Source: Candidatus Azosocius aquiferis (lineage in GTDB: Bacteria; Pseudomonadota; Gammaproteobacteria; UBA6186; Azoamicaceae). Taken from it: a stretch of 24,000 nt of DNA. Each line of letters starts with the position of its first letter. Positions within the stretch are counted from its first letter, which is position 1. A program made the translations under genes and the position numbers. The stretch is from positions 317,692 through 341,691 of the forward strand of contig DAWERO010000001.1 of assembly GCA_043390185.1 (NCBI GenBank). Reading direction: 5' to 3'. The notes under the pieces were generated by a model. The model ran no database searches. It worked only from the letters and a program-made list of their open reading frames with translations, and had not been told where the DNA came from. This document shows, piece by piece, positions 9,435-16,967 of this stretch.

Positions 9435-10691
9435 TTAATTTAATTCTGAAAAAGCAATATCTATTTTTTTTATTGTTTCATAAATAATTGAATCTGAATG
9501 AGAAAAAGTTAAAAAACAAGTTTCATATTTTGATGGAGGTAGATATATTCCAGATGATAAATTTTTTTTAAAAAATTTTCTAAATCTTATATCATCTTCA
9601 TCATTTTTAAATTTATATCCAAACATTCCACAAGAATATTCAATATCTAAATCTATTTTATATTTTTTTGCACACTTTTTAATTTCATCATAAAGAAAAA
9701 AAGTATTTTTTTCTAAAATTTCATATAAATAAAAATTATCTAAACAATATTTAATAGTTTCATAACCAGCTTTCATAGTTATAGGATTTCCAGCCATAGT
9801 TCCACCATGATAAACATTTCCAATTGGTGACAAATACTCCATAATATTTTTTTTCCCACCAAGAATACCCAAAGAAAATCCTCCGCCAGCTATTTTTCCC
9901 AAACAAGTTAAATCAGAAAAAACATTATATTTTTCTTGTATTCCAGATAAACTAACTCTAAAACCAGTAACAATTTCATCAAAAATTAAAATAGAAGAAT
10001 ATTTATCACATAATTCTCTCAATTTTAATAAAAAATTTTTACAAGGTAAAATCAAATTCATATTTGCAACAATTGGTTCTAATATAACACATGCTATATT
10101 ATTACCATAATTTTCAAACAATTTAATGACAGAATTAATATCATTAAATTCTGCTATCATAGTTTTTTCAACAAATGAATTTAATATGCCATCACTAAAA
10201 AAATTAGAATGAGTTAAAACTCCAGACCCAGATTTTACTAATAAACTATCACTATGTCCATGATAACAACCATTAAATTTAATAATTATTTCTTTTTTAG
10301 TAACAGCACGAGACAGACGTATTGCTGTCATAGTTGCTTCTGTTCCAGAACTCATCATTCTAACCATTTCTATAGATTTATATAAACTTATAATAAGTTT
10401 TGCAAAAGAAATTTCAATTTTAGTATTTGATCCATAACTAAAACCTTTATCAAGTTTTTTTTTAATTTTTGATAAAATTTCAGAATTACCATGACCTAAA
10501 ATATTCCCCCCCCAAGAACAAATATAATCAATATACTTATTTTCATCTACATCAAATAAAAAAGGACCCTTACCTTTATCTATAAAAATAGGATCACATA
10601 AAATATTATTAAAAGATCTAACTGGAGAGTTGACCCCACCAGGGATTAAATTTTTTGATAAACTATACAAAAAAGAAGAATTTTCAAACAT
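9435..10691 (-). CDS. hemL: Glutamate-1-semialdehyde 2,1-aminomutase
   Basis: The 418-aa ORF has the N-terminal LIPGGVNSPVRSF signature. The PLP-lysine context is FDEIVTGFRV...DLTCLGKIAGGG. Confidence 0.95.
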   Translation of the reverse strand: MFENSSFLYSLSKNLIPGGVNSPVRSFNNILCDPIFIDKGKGPFLFDVDENKYIDYICSWGGNILGHGNSEILSKIKKKLDKGFSYGSNTKIEISFAKLIISLYKSIEMVRMMSSGTEATMTAIRLSRAVTKKEIIIKFNGCYHGHSDSLLVKSGSGVLTHSNFFSDGILNSFVEKTMIAEFNDINSVIKLFENYGNNIACVILEPIVANMNLILPCKNFLLKLRELCDKYSSILIFDEIVTGFRVSLSGIQEKYNVFSDLTCLGKIAGGGFSLGILGGKKNIMEYLSPIGNVYHGGTMAGNPITMKAGYETIKYCLDNFYLYEILEKNTFFLYDEIKKCAKKYKIDLDIEYSCGMFGYKFKNDEDDIRFRKFFKKNLSSGIYLPPSKYETCFLTFSHSDSIIYETIKKIDIAFSELN

Positions 10692-10708
10692 AAAATACTC
10701 TAAAAAAA

Positions 10709-11146
10709 TTAAAATGGCTTAAAAATAACTAAAAAAACTATAATAATAAATAAAATAAAAGGAAATTCATTAAAAATTCTATAAAATTTATTTTTATATA
10801 AATTCATTTTATTTTTAAATTTAAAAAATAAAAAAAAACAAAAAATATTAAATAAAAACAATAAAAAAACAAAAAAAATTTTAATATATATCCAAAAAAA
10901 ATTTTTATATAAGAACCAAAAATAATATAATAATGAAAAACCAGAAAAAATTGTTAAAAAAAAACTTGGAATAATTATATAAATAATCAATTTTTTTTCC
11001 ATTAGCAAAAACCTATTATAACTAATTTCATCAAAAGAAATAGAATGATAAACAAACAATCGAGGAAGATATAATAAACCAGACATCCAAGAAACAAAAA
11101 ATATAATATGTAAAAATTTAAAAAATAACATAAAATTTAAATCCAA
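10709..11146 (-). CDS. hemJ: Protoporphyrinogen IX oxidase HemJ (UPF0093 membrane protein)
   Basis: The 145-aa polytopic ORF carries KFLHIIFFVSWMSGLLYLPRLFVYH, LMEKKL and YRIFNEFPF...VIFKPF. These match the HemJ family pattern. It lies 17 nt upstream of hemL on the same strand. Confidence 0.8.
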   Translation of the reverse strand: MDLNFMLFFKFLHIIFFVSWMSGLLYLPRLFVYHSISFDEISYNRFLLMEKKLIIYIIIPSFFLTIFSGFSLLYYFWFLYKNFFWIYIKIFFVFLLFLFNIFCFFLFFKFKNKMNLYKNKFYRIFNEFPFILFIIIVFLVIFKPF

Positions 11147-11211
11147 ACAAATAATTTTAATATTTAAAATAATAAATAATTATGATATTAATTATAACAT
11201 AAAAAAAAATA

Positions 11212-12423
11212 ATGGTAATAAATATGTTAAATACAAATGAAATAATAAAAAAATTCATAAATAAAACAAAAGAAACATTAATAATTGAAGATTTAAAAAA
11301 AAACATAATGCTTAAAAAAAAATTAAATATAAAAATAGGGTTTGATCCAACATCACCAGACATACATTTAGGTCACACAATATTATTAAATAAAGCTAAA
11401 CAATTTCAAAAAAATGGACACAATATAATAATAATAATAGGAGATTTTACAGGAATGATTGGTGATCCTTCTGAAAAAAGTACAACAAGAAAACAATTAT
11501 CAAAAGAAGAAGTATTATCAAATGCAAAAACATACAAAAATCAAATATTCAAGATATTAGATGAAAAAAATACAAAAATAGTTTTTAACTCTACATGGTT
11601 AAATAAAATTACTACAGAAAATTTAATAAAATTAACCTCAAAACAAACAGTAGCAAAAATGTTACAAAGAGATGATTTTAACAAAAGATATACAAAAAAT
11701 AAACCAATTCATATTCATGAATTTTTATATCCATTAATTCAAGCATATGATTCAGTTATAATAAAATCAGATTTAGAATTAGGAGGAACTGATCAAAAAT
11801 TTAATCTTTTAATAGGAAGAAATTTACAAAAAAGTTATAACCAAAAACAACAAACAATAATGATGCTTCCATTATTAGAAGGAATTAACGAAACAGAAAA
11901 AATGTCAAAATCATTAAAAAATTATATAAGCATAAATGAAAAAGCAGATATAATATTTGAAAAATTAATGTCTATATCAGACTCACTTATGTGGAAATAT
12001 TTAAATTTACTATGTGACATAGATGAAAATGAAATAAATAAATTAAAATATGATACCAAATTAGGTAAAAATCCTAAAGATATAAAAATAAACTTAGCTT
12101 TCAACATAGTAAAAAAATATAATGGATACTCAGAAGCAAATAAATCAAAAAACAATTTCATTTTAAAATATTCAAAAAAAAATGACAAAAATATTCAAGA
12201 CTATAAATTAAAGCTAGAAAATGAAATAGATAACATAAAAATAACTGTTCTCTTAAAAAATATAAATTTTACAAAAAGTATTTCAGAATCAATAAGAATG
12301 ATAAATCAAAATTCATTAAAAATAAATAATCAAACAATAACAAATTCAAATTTAACATTCAAAAAAAATACATGTGTTTTTATAAAACTAGGAAAAAAAT
12401 ATGGAAAAATATCAATATTATAA
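11212..12423 (+). CDS. tyrS: Tyrosine--tRNA ligase
   Basis: The 403-aa ORF carries GFDPTSPDIHLGH (HIGH motif), GGTDQKFN and KMSKS, plus a C-terminal S4-like tail. The start may be the ATG at 11212 or at 11224. Confidence 0.93.
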   Translation: MVINMLNTNEIIKKFINKTKETLIIEDLKKNIMLKKKLNIKIGFDPTSPDIHLGHTILLNKAKQFQKNGHNIIIIIGDFTGMIGDPSEKSTTRKQLSKEEVLSNAKTYKNQIFKILDEKNTKIVFNSTWLNKITTENLIKLTSKQTVAKMLQRDDFNKRYTKNKPIHIHEFLYPLIQAYDSVIIKSDLELGGTDQKFNLLIGRNLQKSYNQKQQTIMMLPLLEGINETEKMSKSLKNYISINEKADIIFEKLMSISDSLMWKYLNLLCDIDENEINKLKYDTKLGKNPKDIKINLAFNIVKKYNGYSEANKSKNNFILKYSKKNDKNIQDYKLKLENEIDNIKITVLLKNINFTKSISESIRMINQNSLKINNQTITNSNLTFKKNTCVFIKLGKKYGKISIL

Positions 12424-12834
12424 AAAAATATAATTTTTTAACCAATCTTCTAATATAATTGCTGCAGATAACGAATTTATTTTATATAAATTTTGTTTAA
12501 AATTTTTTTGTTTATATATATACTTTGCTTCCCAAGTAGTAAAATCTTCGCCAATTTCATAAATCGGTATTTTATATTTATGATATAATAATTTTTCAAA
12601 TTTTTTTACATTAAAAAATATAGTTTTATCATTTTTATAATAACCAAAAGATATACCGATTACTAATTTACATGGTTTCCAAAAATCAACTAATTTATTT
12701 AAATAATCCCAAGCAAAAATTTCATTTTTAACAAAAAAAGTTTTTAATGGCCATGCTCTGCACGTTATAAATTCTCCAACAGACAACCCAACATATTTCA
12801 TACCAAAATCAAACCCAAAAACTATATTTTTCAT
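12418..12834 (-). CDS. ruvX: Putative pre-16S rRNA nuclease / Holliday-junction-resolvase-like YqgF
   Basis: The 138-aa ORF has N-terminal FGFDFGMKYVGLSVGE and C-terminal SLSAAIILEDWL, as in YqgF. Its ATG overlaps the rsmE TGA stop (ATGA at 12831-12834). Confidence 0.85.
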   Translation of the reverse strand: MKNIVFGFDFGMKYVGLSVGEFITCRAWPLKTFFVKNEIFAWDYLNKLVDFWKPCKLVIGISFGYYKNDKTIFFNVKKFEKLLYHKYKIPIYEIGEDFTTWEAKYIYKQKNFKQNLYKINSLSAAIILEDWLKNYIFL

Positions 12835-13582
12835 ATATCTCCAAAATGAAATTGAAAAATAGTTATTCCAGTAAGAACCGCTGTTTCAGTTCTTAAAATT
12901 CTATTTCCTAAAAAAATTTTTTTAAATCCATTAAATTTTAAAAACAATAATTCTTTATCTGAAAAACCACCTTCTGCACCTATAATCATATTAATAACTT
13001 TATAACATTTTAAATAACGAATATTATTTTTTGCATCAATAGAAAAAATAACATTTGTAACATTAATATTACATTTCAAATAAATAATATAATTAATCCA
13101 TTTATATAAACTAATAGGAAAAAAAAGATATGGAATACTAACACGATTAGATTGTCTACATGATTCTAATATTATACGATTCCAATGAATAAATTTATTT
13201 TTTAAAACATAATAAGAATAAATAAAATTTGTCCTTTCAGAAAATAAAGGAATAATATTGGAAACACCCAGCTCAGTAGCTTTTTGTAAAGCTATTTCCA
13301 TATGAGTATTTTTTGATATAAAATAACCTAAATTTAAAACAATATTAGAAATTTTTTTAAAAAAAAAATTTCTAATTTTTTTAAAACAACATAATTGATT
13401 CCATATTTAATAATTATAGTTTTTATTTCAATATTATCATAATTAAATAAAAAAACTATATTTCCAATTTTTAATTTTAAAATGTTATGTATTTTATAAT
13501 AATAATCATTGAATAAATAAAATTTATTACTAATAAATAAATTTTTATCAAAAAAAAATCTATATTTTTTTAAAAAAGTCAT
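12831..13582 (-). pseudogene. rsmE: 16S rRNA (uracil1498-N3)-methyltransferase RsmE, interrupted by a frame change in a homopolymer block
   Basis: The ORFs at 13582..13334 (82 aa, PUA-like N-domain) and 13301..12831 (156 aa: MEIALQKATELGVS..PLFSERT..IIGAEGGFS..LGNRILRTETA) are the two halves of RsmE in different frames. The downstream frame stays open upstream to 13406 and continues the homology (ISNIVLNLGYFISKNTH-MEIA). The join falls in the A7/T10/A7 runs at 13352-13382. Confidence 0.8.
13352..13382 (-). repeat. Homopolymer block at the rsmE frame change (coding strand A7-TTAGAAA-T10-A7)
   Basis: On the plus strand, T7 is at 13352-13358, A10 at 13359-13368 and T7 at 13376-13382. These were read directly from the sequence. 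Confidence 0.95.
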
Positions 13583-13587
13583 AAAAT

Positions 13588-13911
13588 TTATCTTTCTAAA
13601 TATTCTATTTTAGATAAAACATTTTCCCATTTTTCTGCATCAAATAAACATCCTTTAGTTTCAGAAATTTTTGGCCATTTTTTAGATAATTCAGCATTTA
13701 TATCTAAAAATATTTGTTGATCAGATGGTAAATCATCATCAGAATATATTGCCTCAACAGGACATTCAGGTTCACATAAAGAACAATCTATACATTCATC
13801 AGGATTTATTACTAAAAAATTACTACCCTCATGAAAACAATCAACAGGACATACCTCTACACAATCAGTATATCTACAACGTATACATTTTTCTGTTACT
13901 ACAAAAGTCAT
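13588..13911 (-). CDS. fdxA: 7Fe ferredoxin (Azotobacter/Pseudomonas FdxA type)
   Basis: The sequence [54 protein letters not shown]...WPKI...LER matches FdxA along its whole length. The true start is the ATG at 13911, with AAGGA at 13918-13922. The ORF-track start at 13932 adds 7 non-homologous residues. Confidence 0.93.
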   Translation of the reverse strand: MTFVVTEKCIRCRYTDCVEVCPVDCFHEGSNFLVINPDECIDCSLCEPECPVEAIYSDDDLPSDQQIFLDINAELSKKWPKISETKGCLFDAEKWENVLSKIEYLER

Positions 13912-14165
13912 TTTATTTCCTTTTAAAAACAATTATAAAAAATCAAATACTAATACAAAAATTGCTAAATATATATCATAATCAAATATTAATTAAAATT
14001 ATATTATATAAATAAAATATTAAAAAAAAACAATATAATAAAATTTATATAAAATATACAAAATTTAATATATTATCAAATATTATAAAATATAAATTAT
14101 AAATTTATTAATTTTAATGATAAAATATAAAAAATTATAACATAGATAAAATAAAAATATAAAAC

Positions 14166-15386
14166 ATGAAAAAATATTTAATAATAATATTAATAACAAT
14201 TTATTCAACTGCATATGCTAATTACCCAGTGACAAAAATTGTAGCTACAATAAATTGTGAACCTATAACAATGTGGGACATAAAACAATTTGGGTTAATA
14301 CAATTTTTTAATAAAAACAATTCTTATTTAATAAATAATACAAATATATTAAATAAATTAATTAATAAAAAAATTTTAGAAAAAATAAAAATTCAATATA
14401 TAAAAAAAATAAATTTAAAAATAGAAAAAAATATAATAGAAAAAACGATATTATTATGTTCAAAACAAAATAATTTATCTTTAAAAAAATTCATTAATTT
14501 ACTTAAAAAAAAAAATATTAATTACAATAAATATTATAATTTTATAAAAAAAGAACTATTATTAAAAAAATTAGAACAAAAAGAAATAATAAACAATATT
14601 AAAATAAATAAAAAAATAATAAATTTAAAAAAATTAAATTTTAATTTATTAAATTCAAATAAAAAAAATTATCATATAGAATTAATAATAAAAAAAAATA
14701 AAAACTATATATCAATACAGAATTCATATAATAAAATATTATCAATAAATAAACAAAAAAATCAAAATATAATAATTAAAAAAATAAAAATTAAAAATTT
14801 AAAAAAAAAAATAATATTTAAAATAAATTTCATAAAAAAAATACATACAAAAAATATACATAAATTTTTAATAAAATCAATATATTTAAATTTAAATAAT
14901 AAAAAATATAATCCCATAAAAAATAAAAATCACATATATGTGAATAAATTTATAAATAAAAAAAACATATTAAAAGAAAATTTTTACATAAAAATAAAAT
15001 ATTTAAAAATAAAAAAAAATAAATTAGATAAAAGTATAAAAAATAAAATAAAATTTATAAAAAATAATATAAAAAACAAAAAAAATTTTTCAAAACAATG
15101 CCTTCTTTTTTCACAAAACAAAAAAAATTACAACAAAGGCGGAAACACAAATTGGATAAATAATACAAAAATAAAAAATATAAAATTTTTAAAAAAAAAA
15201 AAAATAATTATTATAAAAAAAAATATAAAACAATATTATATAATTATAATAACAAATAAAAATACAAATAATAATCAATTTATAAAAAATAAAATTAAAA
15301 ATTTTATAATGTATAAAAAAAATAAAGAAATTTTTAAATTTTTATTAAATAATTTAAAAAAAAAAAGCATAATAGAATATGTATAA
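14166..15386 (+). CDS. surA: Periplasmic chaperone SurA, highly degenerate
   Basis: The 406-aa ORF has a signal-like N-terminus ([13 protein letters not shown]). It is colinear with SurA: [15 protein letters not shown] with [45 protein letters not shown] with [46 protein letters not shown] with FSQDPGSANQGGDLGW, and the C-terminal IIEY with AYVKIL. It lies upstream of rsmA as in E. coli. Confidence 0.72.
   Translation: [406 protein letters not shown]
15191..15204 (+). repeat. A14 homopolymer inside the surA coding sequence
   Basis: The run was read directly from the sequence. It encodes L-KKKK-I. Confidence 0.95.
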
Positions 15387-16185
15387 TTCAAAAAATAATA
15401 TAATATATATTCCTAAAAAAAATTTAGGACAAAATTTCTTAACTGATAAAAAAAAAATAGAAATTATAATAAATTTTTTAAATTTAAAAAAAAATGAAAA
15501 TATTATAGAAATAGGACCTGGATATGGTGCTTTAACAAAAAAAATATATGAAAAAATAAATAAATTATTTTTAATAGAAATAGATAAAAAATTATTTAAT
15601 TTTTTAAAAAATATATATATAAAAAAAAAACATATATATATATATAATTATGATATCTTAAAATTCAATTTTAATAAAATAATTAAAAAAAAAACGAAAA
15701 TTATAGGTAATTTACCATACAATATATCTTTAAAAATAATAGAAAATTTAACAAAGTATATATACGTAATAGATAAAATAAATATAATGATACAAAAAGA
15801 AATATACGAAAAAATTAAAGCAAAAAAAGAAGAAAATAAATTTTATGGAAAATTATCAATAAAAATACAATTAAATTACAAAATAAAAAATATTACTAAT
15901 TTAATAAATGAATCGTTTACTCCAAAACCTATAATAAAATCTAATTTTATACAATTAAAACAAAAACATAAATTAAAAAATAAATTAATAAATTTATTTC
16001 ATTTAAATAATATATTAATACAACTTTTCAACAATAAAAGAAAAAAAATAAATAAAATATTATCAAATTTTTTTCCTTATAAAAAAGATTTAAAAATAAA
16101 AAAAAATACAAGAGCAGAAAATATATCAATATATAAATATATAAAAATTAGTAATGAATATAGCATAAAAAATGAAATAAAATGA
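15379..16185 (+). CDS. rsmA: 16S rRNA (adenine1518/1519-N6)-dimethyltransferase
   Basis: The 268-aa ORF carries KKNLGQNFL, the SAM motif IIEIGPGYGALT and IGNLPYNIS. It overlaps surA by 8 nt, and its TGA overlaps the apaH ATG (ATGA). Confidence 0.92.
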   Translation: MYNSKNNIIYIPKKNLGQNFLTDKKKIEIIINFLNLKKNENIIEIGPGYGALTKKIYEKINKLFLIEIDKKLFNFLKNIYIKKKHIYIYNYDILKFNFNKIIKKKTKIIGNLPYNISLKIIENLTKYIYVIDKINIMIQKEIYEKIKAKKEENKFYGKLSIKIQLNYKIKNITNLINESFTPKPIIKSNFIQLKQKHKLKNKLINLFHLNNILIQLFNNKRKKINKILSNFFPYKKDLKIKKNTRAENISIYKYIKISNEYSIKNEIK

Positions 16186-16967
16186 CAACATATGTAATTG
16201 GAGAAACACAAGGATGTTATAAAGAATTATTATTATTATTAGAAAAAATAAATTATAACGAAAAAAATGATCAAATATTATTCACAGGAAACTATATTAA
16301 TAATAAAAATTCAATAAAATTAATAAATTACATAAAAAAAATGGAAAAAAATACAATATCAATTTTAGGAGAACAAGAAATAAAATTACTATCTTCAATA
16401 CATAAAAATAATAACAATATATTAAAAAATCATAAACAAAAAATAGAAATATTAAACTGGATACAACATTTACCATTAATTTATTTTAATAAAAATCATA
16501 ACTCAATTATAGTTCACGCAGGATTATATCCATTTTGGGAAATAGAAAAAACAATACAATATACAAAACAAATAGAAAATATACTAAAAACATCTGAGTA
16601 TAAAATAATTTTAAAAAACATCTATCTAAATAATTTAAATATTTGGAATAATAAATATGACCCAATACAAAAATATCAATTTATAATAAATACATTAACT
16701 AAAATGACTATATGTAATAATAAAGGATATATAAACACAAAATATAAAAATACAATTGATAAAATACCAAATAAATTTAAACCATGGTTTATGATAAACG
16801 AACATTTATTTGAAAAAACAAACATCATTTTTGGAAATTGGAAGGAATTATTAGGATTAACAAAAAAAAAAAATATAATATCAACAAATACAGGAGCAAC
16901 TTGGGGTTTATATTTATCAGCAATAAATTTGAACACAAAAAAAAGATATTACATAAAAAAAATATAG
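16182..16967 (+). CDS. apaH: ApaH-like bis(5'-nucleosyl)-tetraphosphatase homolog with substituted metal-binding motifs
   Basis: The 261-aa ORF is colinear with E. coli ApaH (MTTYVIG..GCYKEL, VHAG, KPWF, FG.W). Signature residues are changed: GDxHG to GETQG, GD to GN, GNHD to GEQE, and GH to GN. Confidence 0.8.
   Translation: MTTYVIGETQGCYKELLLLLEKINYNEKNDQILFTGNYINNKNSIKLINYIKKMEKNTISILGEQEIKLLSSIHKNNNNILKNHKQKIEILNWIQHLPLIYFNKNHNSIIVHAGLYPFWEIEKTIQYTKQIENILKTSEYKIILKNIYLNNLNIWNNKYDPIQKYQFIINTLTKMTICNNKGYINTKYKNTIDKIPNKFKPWFMINEHLFEKTNIIFGNWKELLGLTKKKNIISTNTGATWGLYLSAINLNTKKRYYIKKI
16862..16873 (+). repeat. A12 homopolymer inside the apaH coding sequence
   Basis: The run was read directly from the sequence. 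It encodes T-KKK-N. Confidence 0.95.

Noticed and set aside
11157-11363. 68-aa minus-strand ORF overlapping the tyrS start (contains a GSNPI-like string)
   Set aside because: It is antisense to the tyrS HIGH-motif region (GFDPTSPD). There is no tRNA-like structure and no homology pattern.
11922-12188. 88-aa minus-strand ORF inside tyrS
   Set aside because: It is an antisense, Phe-rich complement artefact.
13912-13932. 7-codon N-terminal extension of fdxA (MFLKGNK)
   Set aside because: FdxA homologs start at MTFVV. The AAGGA Shine-Dalgarno lies inside the extension and serves the ATG at 13911.
13725-14015. 96-aa plus-strand ORF overlapping fdxA and the spacer
   Set aside because: It is antisense to the highly conserved ferredoxin cysteine motifs. 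It is low complexity beyond them.
13933-14165. 233-nt extremely AT-rich spacer between fdxA and surA as a possible replication origin
   Set aside because: I see no DnaA-box-like 9-mers (TTATCCACA family) or ordered repeats. The A>T bias does not switch sign across it. It is most simply a divergent promoter region.
14166-15386. Repetitive AAA/AAT-rich sequence as a tandem-repeat or CRISPR-like array
   Set aside because: There is no regular period and no repeat-spacer organisation. The stretch is one continuous ORF colinear with SurA.
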